From contig NC_092671.1 of the NCBI RefSeq assembly GCF_964355755.1, positions 14,880,001 through 14,944,000 of the forward strand: 64,000 nt of DNA. The letters are read 5' to 3'. The translations under genes and the position numbers were made by a program. Below are positions 26,216-39,782 of this stretch, piece after piece (position 1 is the first letter of the stretch; every line of letters starts with the position of its first letter). The notes under the pieces were generated by a model. The model saw only the letters and a program-made list of their open reading frames with translations, was not told the origin of the DNA and searched no databases. The stretch is from Antedon mediterranea. Its lineage: Eukaryota > Animalia > Echinodermata.

Positions 26216-26987
26216 CATCCACATCATTTTAGACGTACTTTATTTAAATTTGAATTATATCGCACAAAATTATCTTCAAATGAAGCATTACAACATATTA
26301 ACTTAATTACAATTAATATTGCATTATCATGTTACATTTTGTTTCTATTTTACACCCAGCTTTTGTACTGTGTAGGACAATAATAATGTTTGTACTTGAC
26401 ATAGCCGATATGATTTCCATATTTGGGCCGACTCTGATGCAGGCAGATGGTAATGATTTTATTTGTTGCCTATAATTATGTTATATTATTATATTTGGTC
26501 AGAAGAGTCATTCGCATTTTGGTTTATAAGTTTCGATACATTGGGTTTTTTTTCTTTAAAAAATGCATATCAATCAAAGCATACTGATCATACTACAGTA
26601 AAGCAACTAACATGATCAAAACTAATTTCTAACCTAATTAAACTAAAGTTTGAAAATAGTTTTCTGATGAAGATGACGTGACGTCAGAGGAACAAAATGT
26701 AACATTAGTGGTATACATCTATTTGAACGGTTTGAATTTCAAAAAGTGCAATAAAGCTATTAAAATGGTCAGCGGATACATTATCTTCTTATTGCAATCG
26801 AACTAAAGCAATGTTTAAAAGCAATACGGGAACAGGTTTCGCATATTTCAAAAGTGCAACTAAGTAGCGGAAAATAACTGCAGCACGTGTAACCTAGTGT
26901 GACACAATCATTAAGAATATAATTTGCAGCTCATTGTTATACTATGTAACTATCAGTTGTGGTTTACCAAAATATAACCATATATAT

Positions 26988-29095
26988 ATTTTTTTCTCTT
27001 TTATTGCAATGATAAACAATATGGTGAAGGTTACAGTATAATATATGTCTATCTATCTATTTATCAATGAATATTTAAGTGATATTACACAGACAGAGGT
27101 TAAAAGATTATATAAAATATTTTGATATTGTGTTGAAATCTAGATAAAACAAACATGTATACAGAGAAAATTTATATTACAGAGCTAAAACGATATAAAG
27201 ATTTATAATCAGTATTAAAAAGAGATTCGATATAATATAAATATATATGATAAAATGGTATATTGCATTATAAGATTATGTTTTGTTTGAATACTTTTAT
27301 AAAATTGTATAGTTTTACATTTTGAACATAATATTGCTTTTATTATTTATATGATAAAATAACAAATTAATAAATATTGCAAAGCTAAACCCAAACCGAA
27401 GTATGGGGATACGCCCTCGTCGCTAGCCAGGTTTATTTTAATAGTTCTAGTTTAAATCCTGGCTAGCACCAGTTGCGTCTCGGTCATCCCGGACTCGGGC
27501 GCCTCCTAGAAAACAATAATATAATAATGAGGGTAAACTAACAATTGATCTAAATCAAGAAAATATACTGTATACCGTACGTTTATGTTTATTCTTGTGT
27601 ATTTCTTAATTAAATTAAATTTTATTGATTATTTTTCTTTTTAGATAATTGATTCAAGGAGTTTTTCTTTAACGTCGTTCCATTTTCTTTCTGCTTTGTT
27701 TAGATTACATAAGTATTCATTTGAAATTAAATTTTTAGTTCTATCTTAAATAAATTCCAAGTGATAATCCGTTTGGTTGTTTTATAAATAATGCAAGATT
27801 TGTAAATACTAAATGTAAATAAAGAGATGAGTTCATTAACGAGCGTGTTCTTCTGAGTTCTGACCATTCGGGGAAACCTGGCCGTAATGTTTCATTAGTC
27901 GGAATACATTTAACGATCAGTTTACGGAACTTCCTTAAAACTGATTGAATGCTATTACAGGTGTACAACATATGTTTTTCACTTTCTATTTCTATACAAC
28001 ACTTTTCGCAACAATCACTTTTATTAAGATTCCACTTCTTTAAGTTTTTTCTACAAGCTAAGATACGATGTAATAATTTTAAATTAAATTGGGCGATTTT
28101 TGGTAAATGTTTCATATTGTGAACTTTACAGTACCATGTTTTGTCCCAGTCTATTTCATTTTTACCTAACTCAACTTCCAACTTTGCTTGAATATTGGGG
28201 ATTTTAGCAACCTTGCTAACAAAAAGGGTATAATGAAAAGATTCCTTGTATTTTTTATGAAATACGGTTTCTTTGACTTGCAGGTTAATTTGATTGTTTT
28301 CTATTGAATTAAAGATGATTTCTTTCCACAAACATGGAATTGAATACAATGAGCGCAAAATATTCGATAAGTCCTTTTTGTTTATTGATTAAAGTAGGTA
28401 TCACTTCATCTGAAGTTAGAAATCTGTTATTAACGATAATGTCACATACCGATTTGTATTTGGAATGTAACCATATTTTAAAATAAAGAGATTTTCCACT
28501 TGCGGAAATTATATATTTATTTTCCCAAAGTGGTTGTATTAAAATGTCTTCTATATTTTGTGGAACTACACTAACAATATTATTCAACTTAACCGCTGAT
28601 TTTAACATTGATACATAAAAATCAGGCATTCTATTCAAGTCAATATGATCTTCAAGGTTAAGCTGAGTAGCACCTATAGTGTATTCTATTGGATACATAA
28701 AGTATTTCGGAATATTTTTCCATTTTCCTGGATCGGGACTGAGTAATCTTTTTATCCATGTTAGTTTTAATGAATCTATCACGGAGTTGAAATTTATCAT
28801 ATTCAAGCCACCTTCGCATGCTTTTTTAATAAGAACAAGTCTTTTAATTTTTTCACGTTGACCATTCCACAGAAAATTATAAAGTATTTTTTCAACAAGT
28901 GGAATTATATGTAAGGGTACGTTAATTATGCTTGCGTTATAAATCAATTTAGAGATTGCAAGCGTTTTGATGATTGTTATTCTTCCAAAGAAAGTTAGAT
29001 TTCTTTTTTCCATAACTGAAGAACGTTTTGTAGTTCAATAACTTTTTCGTCCCAGTTTTTTTTAATACATATATCTTTATCATAGCCATATATAT
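26988..29095 (-). mobile_element. 5'-truncated, frameshifted L1/Tx1-clade LINE (C-terminal ORF2 plus 3' UTR)
   Basis: ORF pieces 28309-29013 (LTFFGRITIIKTLAISKLIY...GGLNMIN...LKLTWIKRL) and 27741-28358 (QFNLKLLHRIL, C-x2-C...EKHMLYTC zinc knuckle) are clearly homologous to the 33765-35810 ORF. AATAAA plus a short poly(A) near 26990 on the minus strand. Confidence 0.9.
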
Positions 29096-32000
29096 TTGTG
29101 ATTAAAATATTATTTTCAAATTAGCTGAAATTAATTTAGTGTGTATAGGTTTAAATGAAGCATTTTAACAAAGGGCCTACATCAATCAGGATAACATTAG
29201 GCTTATAAATTAGCTTATTTATTACATGCATGCTATTTACTTTTAAAAATTTCGAGTAGGTTTTGACATCTTCACTCTGTCGGTAAGTGTTGAGCTCAGA
29301 AATTAGAAAACCCTTAACTCGGTATTGTAGACCCTATTTCCCAATTATGAAAAAACCGTTTAACTTTTTCCCATTGGAAGATAATGTTGAAATATGTTTT
29401 ATCCGTACTAATGTAATGCTTCCCAATTGTCACTTTGTAATAAAATGGCCCGATAGTTTTCTTTATAATCTATCTCTCGGGTACAATAGCAGATTATAAC
29501 AGTTATTGCGCCCTCATTCTGTGGTGAGAAATAATAAGAGGAGAATGAAATAAAAACAAAAAAGAGAAGCCTATTTTGATTAATATAAAAAGAATGTTAT
29601 TTTAATTTGAACAGCCCTAAAGTATGTTGGCATTCATTTCTGACAAATAATACTGTAAAGGGCCACGCGCGATCTTGATAATGTTTAAAAAGACTGACAT
29701 TTTCAACTTTTATTTCAGACAATTGTCCATATGGTATAATACATTACAACAAAAAAAAGATAGGGGAGAGAGGACCAAAACTGTTATCTATTGGTATATA
29801 ATGCCTCTCTCCATTTGTAGTATGTTCAACCACTGGATTGTTTCAAAAATGATAATTGTATGGTAAATTTGATTATTTCGGACCAATGTTGAAATCAAGT
29901 TAGATTAATAAGAAATATAATAATTCGAACAAAAATATAACAGTATTTTTAAAATAAATGAAATACCAGGTCGTTACGCGTCTTTCAAGGGTCATTGCAT
30001 TTTGTCATCGTTGATGGCGCTCTGATCAAATAACAACTCTATTTTACCTTCTAGACTTCTTGTCTACTTTGGCAATCAGTATCTGTATAGTAAAATAAGT
30101 TAGTATTGCTTCTTGTTACAGGGTTATAATTCTGATTATTTGGAGGTTTAGATAAAGTTAGGCCAACGTTTCTTTAGTATAGGGGTGATAAATGCGGGGA
30201 TAAATGCGAGGAAAAGGAAACGAATCATAAGAACTGCCCTTCCAAACCGCAAGATGGTGGTATGGTAAGTTTGTGTATTTATTATACCATTGAAATACTA
30301 ATTTCAAATGCTTATGAGCTACAAATAGAGATTCTAAGATAATTTAAAATAATAACCCCAGATCATTGTCTTGTAGGTTAATTGAGTACATTTTAAATAG
30401 GATAAATACACCGTCACACAGCACAACCATTAATGGTCAGACAGAGAAAGGGAGTGCAATGACGTATAAACCTATATATACACATGTTTTACTAACTCAA
30501 GTTCATGTTACGTCAACACGTAGGACGAGAAGTTTTGCAGCGTCATCAAGTTATATATAATGATCAGCGAATACTGCTGACATTATTTACATCATACTGA
30601 TTACGGTATCTCAAAGTATTGCTTACGAACGTGTTGAAATCACTTATTTTCTTCATCTGTCAGACCCTATCGTGACCAATCTACGACATTTATTGCCTCT
30701 ATTAACATTTGAATCGTGAATACGGATGTTAAGACGAATTAAATTAAAAACCAATAGAGAATCACATTTCGTCATCTGCAAATCTAAATTGGTACCAAGT
30801 ACTAGTTTATTGAACCATGAGCACTTTTTAAAGTATTTATGTGAATCAAAGAATATATTTCTGCAAAATATTAATTTTAAAATGAATTATTAATTGATGG
30901 AGGGTTTTGATGTGATAGTTTGTTGCCCAGCTGTTCGGCATCTTTTCATCCGCTTCTACTGTGTCCCATGGAAGTAATGATAGCTGTCTATGAAACTGCG
31001 ATCGGCCATTTTTCTCCAACTGATACGTTAAATGCTCTCTTTAAAAATAAATCATTTTGAGGTACACGGGGTTCCCATAAAATTGAGTTGCTCACTTGGT
31101 ATTGTGACGATACAGGTATTGAAATGTAAAATGTGTACCAGTTAACCTAAATTACTTACGCAGGAGATTGTATCATATTGATGATATAACACCGTCGTTT
31201 TACGAGGTTATGTTCGCATGATAACGAAATCGTCACCTACACAAAAGACTATCTTATTTTGTTCTAGTCTACGGAAAGAAAAGTGAGAACTTATCAAGTG
31301 ATTATTTTGTTAATTTGTTACGCCCTGAACCATCTGCGCACTAGAATTCGGCCTTCCAACGTATAAAGTACTACATTAACAATTAGAAACCATCGCGATA
31401 AACAGATCAATAACGCAGTTCAAATTATTTGAAAAAGGTTCAATGATTATGTTTCAAGGATCAAATCAACGGTGAAATATTGTAAATTTACAAAATTCAC
31501 AAAATATATATAGGCCTATAGTTTCTTGGATGATTATTTTATACCACTGCCATAACTATAATTATTTTAAAGACAACCGATACCAATTAATTACCAATAG
31601 GGCCTAAGTATGTGCTTATCAATCACATTACACATTTGTTTGCCTTCAATCATTTTTTAAAAACTACCGTGGCCCATCTTACAGTGTCAAATAAAACATT
31701 GCAGATACTAAGTGCGGAAAATTTAAAATAAAATATATAAAGGCGATCCATCGATTGTACACATGACCTATAACATCTTCAAGATCGCGTGAAGAATGTC
31801 AAAAACCTAGCATGTATATAATAATAAATATGATTTGAAACGATAAGATGAGGAAATCTGTAAGAATGAGGAAAAGTCGCTCCAACCGAGATTCTAATCC
31901 GGAATTTTCTGATTGATATGCAGATGTCCTAACCTAAATATAAGACTTTAATGGTATTGCTCGAACTCGACTCTCGGCGTGGTACGACGGAGGAACATCG

Positions 32001-32379
32001 CTAATCCCTCAATTACGCACGCACGCGCACCAGAGATCAAATTGATACTCCCTCATCTTTCAGTATTTTATTCACGAAGCGGGATCTCCGAAGAGATACT
32101 TTTATAAACACCACAGGCACAGAACAAATGCTGTGACCGGGCGGTTTCGAATTTGTTCTGTGCCTGTGATGGTAATAATAATATTATATTATATGTATTC
32201 GACTGGTATGATACCTATAAATATTGCTTACAGTTACTGTGTACATTTTCGTTATTAGCCGGACTTTGTCAGTCGGTGACACTCGGTTCAGTTTATTGAT
32301 ATTAGGCAATAATTACGATTGGTACATTTACAAAAATAAATATTGTCTTTGCTTCTCAAAGAAACAATTAAATTATACT

Positions 32380-35300
32380 GTAAATAATAAACGATGATCA
32401 AAGTGATATTGAATGTAAATATACAGACGAAGAAGGTAGAATGCTTATTCCTAAAGTAAGATATAATGAGAAGGTGTTTAATTTTATTAATGTATATGCA
32501 CCTAATAATTACAAAGAAAGGGCAAACTTCTTCAAAAAATTATAAAAAAAGATTGAATTGATGTGTTTTAAAAAAGAAGAATATACAATAATTGGAGGTG
32601 ATATGAATTGCATTTTAGAAAGAAAATTAGATCAAAAAAATAGTGTAAATCAATACGACAAGTCACCATCTGTGTTAAAGAATTGCATGACAAAAAATAA
32701 ATTAATAGATATATGGAGACAATATCACAAAACAAAAACCCAATTTACTTGGAGACGAAAAAGCACGTACAGGAGGTTGGATCTGTGGTGCATCTCAAGT
32801 GCCCTTTATAAAAATGGTGATGTGATGTCTACCGACATTAGACCATCAATATGTTCTGATCATCAGGCTATCTCATTAAAAATATTAAATAATCAACAAA
32901 AAGCTGGTCCAGGAATATGGAAAATTAACTGTAGTATTCTTAAAGATGAAGAATACAACATAAAAATAAAAAGAATTATTGAAAATGTAAAAAAAAATGA
33001 AAATAATCTTACTCCAGACTTGCTGTGGGAACTACTTAAAATAAAAATAAAAGAATTTTCAGCTAAATTCTGTGCAAGTAAAAAAAAAGAGATGAATGTT
33101 AATAAGCTAAACCTAACTAAGGAAGTCAATGTATTAACGAACAAGCTTAATATCGCATACGATCAAAATATAGAAGAAAAATTAAAAAATAAAACTAATG
33201 ACTTAGATAAGATTTATCATTGTGAAGCAAAAGGCGCCATAGTCAGATCAAGGGTTAAATGGTTTGAAAAGGGAGAAAGAAATAACAATTTTTTTTTAGG
33301 ATTGGAGAAAATCAATGCAAAAAGAAAACATATTACCATGCTCTTAAAAAGGAATGGAAAACATACTACGGATGTTCACGAGATACTAGAGGAACAAATT
33401 AGATTCTATGAACATCTGTATTCAAATAAAATTCTAACAGAAAATTAAATAAATAAATATTTACGAAATACTACAGTTAAAAAACTATCAGAAAAAGATA
33501 AAATAGAATGTGAGGGAATATTAACAGAAGGAGAACTAACAAAAGCAATATCTAACATGAAGTTGAATAAAAGTCCGGGTTCCGATGGACTAAGTGTCGA
33601 ATTCTATCGTCATTTTTGGGAATATCTAAAAGGTATTTTGTGTAATTCTTTAAATTACAGTTACAACAATAATAGTTTAAGTAACTCACAGAGGTTAGGT
33701 GTAATAAATCTTTTTATTTAAGAGTGGAAAGAGAGAGTGTCTCGAAAACTGGAGACCAATTACATTGCTAAATGTAGATTACAAAATAATGGCATATGCT
33801 CTTTCAAACAGACTAAAAAAAGTATTAGGGTCTATTATCAGTAATGATCAAAAAGGATATATTAATGAGAGATTTGGAGGAGAAAATATTAGACTAGTTG
33901 AAGATGTGTTGTCTTATACGAAAGAAAAGCAAATACCAGGAGCCATGATTTTTCTTGACTTTGCTAAGGCATTCGACTCAATAGATAGAAAGCTAATGTT
34001 AAATGTTCTAAGAAAGTTTGGTTTTGGTTTATCTTTTGTACATTGGATAAATGTAATATACACAGGCACTAGATGTATGGTTAAAAATAACGGATGGGTT
34101 TCAAACAGTTTTAATATGGAATGTGGAGTACGTCAAGGTTGCCCATTGTCTGCACTATTATTTACAGTTGTAGTCGAGGTAATGGCAATAAATATAAGGA
34201 ATAATCCATTGTTTAAGGGAATTGAATTACCTGAGAATAAAGATATTGATAATATTGTGAAAATAGCTCAGCTCGCTGATGACACTGTGATTTTTACATC
34301 AGGTGAAAATAGTTTAAAATATTTTTTCACTGAAATCAATGCATTTTGTAATATTTCTGGGTTGAAGCTAAATAAAGGAAAATGTAAAGGAATCTGGATT
34401 GGATCAATTCAGAATAACCTAGCAACCCCTTGTGGTATCACTTGGACGAAAGAGCCAGTGAAATTCCTCGGAATTTATGTAGGCTATAAAAAAGGTGTTT
34501 GTGAAAAAAAAAACTGGGATGATAAAATTATGGAGTTAGAACATACTTTAAGGCTATGGGAAAAACGACACCTTACCTTCTTTGGAAAAATGATAATAAT
34601 TAAAAGTCTAGCAATTTCAAAATTAATATACAATGCTAGTATTATCAATGTACCAAAACATGTATTTCCAATGGTAGAGAAGTTACTGTATAGATTCCTA
34701 TGGGGAAATAAAAAAGAAAAGATTAAGAGGAAAACACTTATAAATAAAATAGAAGAAGGAGGGGTTAATATGATTGATTTTTATGTAGTTGTGAACTCGT
34801 TAAAGCTAAACTGGGTTAAGAGACTACTTAGCCCAGACCCAGGCAAGTGGAAATGTATTCCAAAATATTACATGTACCCTATAGAATGTACATTAGAGAT
34901 AAGTAAGCTTAATTTTGAAGAGCATAAACAATTACAAATTATGCCTGAATTTTATTTAAATATGATTAATGCAATTGTGAAAATAAAGAATATTGAAATG
35001 TTAGATCCTCAAAATGTACAGGAAATTAAATCTCAAACCTTGTGGGAAAATAAACATATACTGTCAGACGGAAAGTCTTTATACTTCAAAGATTGGTTAA
35101 AGTCGGGCTATAAAACAATTGGTGACATTTTGGTCAATAACACAATTGTAAGTCTTAGAGATTTAATTCCCACGTTATTAGTAAAGCATAATGGGATAAT
35201 AGAATACTTCAAGCTCATGAATGCTATTCCTATTGAATGGAAGGAAGTATTGGCACGACATAGATTAGAGAAAGAACAAGTTAATGTTGATATTAAAAAT

Positions 35301-36620
35301 GAATTATTCAAATCAAATGTTAAAACAGGTTTTTATGATAAGTTTATATTTGAACTAAAGACAGTGCCAATCTCCCAAGTAAAATGGGAAGCAGAGTTTT
35401 TAAATAAGACTATGGTATGGAACAAAATATGGAATAATAAAGTCAAAGATATGAAACATATGGTAAAAGTTGCGCAATTCAATTTTAAACTTTTACATCG
35501 CATACTTGTTTGTAATAAAAGATTACATATTTGGAAATTGTCTAAAATTAATATTTGCGATAGATGTAAGAATGTGATAGAAAACGAAGAACATATGTTA
35601 CTTAAGTGTAAAGTGATTAAGCCAGTTTGGAGGAAATTCAATAATCTTATTGTTGAATGTTTTCCTAATGAAACGCCAATACATTGGTTTGATATAGTTA
35701 CTGGTTCCAAAGATAAACTTGTAAATGAGCTAACATCTATCTTTACGTTTTGTATATACAAATCCCGCATAAGGCTTAGTTTATTAGATAACATGATGGG
35801 TAACGAATAAAAAAGTATCTTGAATATGTTTAAGTTTGAATTAAAAAATCTTATAGAAAATGAATACGCATGTAATCAGTATAAAGCAGTTATAAAATGG
35901 AATGATGTTAAAATGAAATTATTAGAATTCATAAAATAAGAAAAATATAAAACTAGTACAAGCTGTAGTGTAAAACTAACACCTAGACTTATACTAAAAC
36001 TAATACATGATAGAAATAAATGTATTAGGGTAAAACATAGACTGAAACACACGGTCAAACATATAAGTAAACAAACTGGTAAATGTAAAGGGCCAACATA
36101 GTAAGAAAAGAACTTTAAAGGAATAGAAATAGTGGAATGAAACAAATGTTATACAAGGCCAAAACATAAAAAGTAGCATATAATGTGTTTATAATAACTA
36201 TATTAAACTGATTCGTAAATGTAAATAGGTATATTAATGTGTGTATGTGTGTATATACTTGTAACGGATGTAATATAAGGTCAAAAGAAATAAAGAAACA
36301 AATTGTGAGTACTGATTTAAGATATAATAAAAGAAACAGCTACTTTTTAATACATTTCTTAATATAAAGTAAATTTAAATGATAAATAGTCGTACTTTTA
36401 CTATAACTTGCAATAAACATAAAATGTACGTTTTTAAAGCAAACTTTTACTCCATCGATTTTATGTACATGTATAGATATAGTGCCTTTTTAGCTGTTAT
36501 ATTGAATTTTATTGTTCTTTATTTTTATAAAAATGTATGTATGTTATATAATATATATTTGTAAAAGGAATGAATAAATGTGGGTGACCCCCACGAAAGA
36601 GAAAAAAAATAAAATAATAA
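32380..36620 (+). mobile_element. Disrupted L1/Tx1-clade LINE: ORF2 with AP endonuclease, reverse transcriptase and CCHC knuckle; no ORF1 seen
   Basis: Endonuclease motifs DEEGR, INVYAPN, IIGGDMN, LIDIWR, FTW, RLD, SDH. RT motifs KSPGSDG, WRPITLLNVDYK, LDFAKAFD, GVRQGCPLS, QLADD, KFLG. C-terminal CDRC...EEHMLLKC. In-frame stops near 32543 and 33446 and a frameshift near 33715-33720. 3' end has AATAAA, a gtggg/cccac hairpin and an A-rich tail near 36600. Confidence 0.95.
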
Positions 36621-37883
36621 TAAACGACAGGACAGTTGAATCAGCGCGGTGTTCTTATCGATTGTTTACGATTCCATAAACTTTCTCTTTCGTACATTTT
36701 AAAAGAGGACTTACTTTGCTGATTTGTCAACATTAATGTTAATATCTATAAAATGAAATCTTATGTAAGCGTTATAGATTTAAGAATCAAACGCATGATT
36801 TGTTCCTATCCTTTTCCTTTATCTCACGGTTCATTACATATTTTTGAACTGAGTGTAACTGTGAGCAAGGTGCGTGGTAGCGACAATAGGCCCGTATGGA
36901 ATTCGGACTGGAAAAATCAGTAGGCCTACATGTATTTCCATTTTTCAAACCTTTGTTGTGCGAACTTTAATCAATACAAACATGTTCCGTAACACTTCTG
37001 GTGCAAAATCTGTATGAAAAAGATGTAATGAACTTCTTTTTAGGTAATTTACATTTTTCCGAATGTGTTATTACCATCATCATTATTTAAGGTGATATTC
37101 GGAAATGTGTGTCCAGTATCATTGCGAGTGTGTTACAGTGTCGCATATGAGTCACATGTGACGTTTGTGGCCTACAGGTGCCACTATGATACATGTGACA
37201 TTTATAGATAGATACCATACCGGTAGTGGAGATACTAAAGAGAATCGTTTTGTATGCTTGTTACAGATAAATTAGTTTGTTCTATGATTCCCATGTTCTT
37301 ACTTATTCCATTATTCAATTAACCATTAGTTATGCAACAATTTATGTAAATTTTTACTTATATTCATGTGTTACATTATCCATAAATATCATAGTGTGAA
37401 CTGAACCTTATTTGTAATATGAAACGTGCTATAGCAAGTTGTAAAGTTGTATGAGTAAAATAACGTGATTCAATATTCCGATATTATTCTAAAACAGAAA
37501 TAGCATTCAATCTGAACGAATGATGAGTTCTTTCACTGGTTCTTAAAGAGGATTTAAAATTAAAAAATTGAGAAAAATATAATCTTAGTTGATCATTGAA
37601 TCTTTCGTCTGGTCTTAGCATTAAGGTCGAAGAAAAAGTCATGAGTGACTACTTGTAGGCTGCGTTTAGAATAAGGAAAACGAGAATGATGTTGACATTT
37701 TGAAAATGAACGAATGAACCTTTTTTTGTTATTTTCAGGCCTAGTGAAGTGGGTCCCCTTGCATATGGTATTTTGTTTCAGTACTGATATACTGTTTTAT
37801 GTTTGCTTCCGTTTTATCCCAAATTTAATTAACAAACAATTCCATAATAGCAAAGCATTTTTATCTTTTAGTAAGAAACGTAT

Positions 37884-38182
37884 GGCCGTATTCACCAATC
37901 ACAAAGTGTTTCACCATGTCAATAAAGATAATATTTAAAATGTTATTAAAGATATATTGTCCCCTGAAATGATTGTTGAATAACAATGCAATTTAAACGT
38001 CATAGTAATTTACTTTTACCAAAAAGTGGATCGAAACAAAAAATTATTTACCTGAAAATGTAATTTAAACAAAATAAGTGTCAAATATATCTTTCAAAAG
38101 TAGTACTCAATATAAACTAATAAATGTTTTAGGCCTAAATGTTGTTTTTCCTTAATGTGCCGAAGTGTGATTGGTGAATACG
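37884..38182. mobile_element. MITE relic with 17-bp inverted repeats
   Basis: cgtattcaccaatcaca (37887-37903) and tgtgattggtgaatacg (38166-38182) are a perfect inverted pair around ~260 bp of AT-rich DNA. Confidence 0.65.
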
Positions 38183-38899
38183 ATATTTACTTACTTATAA
38201 TAACTTAGATTCACCAGATCAAAGAAAATGACTATAATTCAACAGTTCAAGATTATTTATTATTGGCAAAGCAATTTCACAATACTTATATATTCTGCTC
38301 CTGTACTGAATTATTAGATCATTTAGACTACCACACACAATCAGTTTGCTTCCAAAATAATAAGAACTAGTGTCTACAGTAGCAATTAAGAGAGGTGAGT
38401 TAACACTATCCAACGGATGAGCAAATTATGTGTCTATTGTAAAAGGGGTAAGGCTTCTGTTTTTTTCCAAAGAGAGGTTTGTGATATTAACTACTTCTTA
38501 ACTTTTGTTATAGATAATTGACGTTACCATAAAATAAATATTGATATAATAAGTTGTAAATTGCACTAGAAATGTCAAACGCTTTAAATAATTAATCGAA
38601 AATGCTAAAAAATGCTTAAATATTATCTATATTTGGGAATGTATAAGCAGGTACAACATTCCACCTTTTAATTTCTCGATTCAATCATTGAAGCAATGGG
38701 TAAACATTAAATGTTATCTGATACAACATATTTGCACATATTAAGACCACTATAAACATATACATTATTTAACTTGTATCTCTAAACATATTTTAAGAAT
38801 AAAAATATATATTCGTAATAACTTCTAATACTGTAACAAAAAAAATATAAATATATATAAATGTGTCTATTAATGTTTTCAATAAATCATGGCCCTGCC

Positions 38900-39175
38900 C
38901 TAGTCTCAGTGTTTGCGAATGTATATCATGCTGTTAGCCTTTTTAGTATAGTTGATAGTATAGTTGATATAAAGTTTCCAGTTAACTACGTATATTAGTT
39001 AGTCCTGGACTTTCTGAATTCTTACCCCTGAGGACGATCAAAGTATATTGATTGAAACGTCGCGAAATTCAACAGTTCTTTTTTTTTAAACTAAATTAAA
39101 TTTTATTTAAAATGTGGTGTACCGCAAACTTTATATCAACATATTAATTTCGCCATGCAAACCTTCAAACAATAA
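38900..39175 (+). mobile_element. Degenerate Penelope-like terminal fragment with a minimal hammerhead motif
   Basis: ccc-CTGAGGA-c-gatcaa agtata ttgatt-GAAAC-GTC-gcg at 39025-39064. Core CTGANGA, GAAA and the GTC cleavage triplet are present; stem I is imperfect. Boundaries are approximate. Confidence 0.5.
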
Positions 39176-39782
39176 TGATAAGTAATAATTCAACTGTAAT
39201 TCGGACTTTTTTAAACAACGTCATCGGCATCGTAATATTGGATGAAGTATGAATGAAAAAGAATTTAACATTAAAATCTAATTGAGGTTTTTAAAAAAAT
39301 ATGTCATTGGCTCACATACAATAAAGAATAGGCCTATTAAACTATGCAGGCTATTATGTGTTATAATTAATTTTAAATTTCACTTATATTAGCAATAATT
39401 ATAGTGAATAAGACAATAGTTTAACCACATAAGTTACTCAACAATCTAGGATGTATGTAATTATATCACATTGGTTATCGGATTACATTAATAGTAGGCC
39501 TATAATATTTTTGACTGAAATGAAATATTACTAAAAATAATACTATAGTATTCTAATTAATGCTTACTTCTATTTGTAACAATGATAATATGATAATTTG
39601 CTTCTTATAAATTGATACTTCCGTCTAACTTTAAATTATTCAAAATAAATATATATATCATAATGCATTAATCATTGATAGGATTTTGTTAGTTCGTGTT
39701 ATTTGACAATTGTCAATCAGCATCCCGACATTACTGTCCTATTTCAATTTGTTTTTCAATTTTCAAAAATAAAATAATACTA

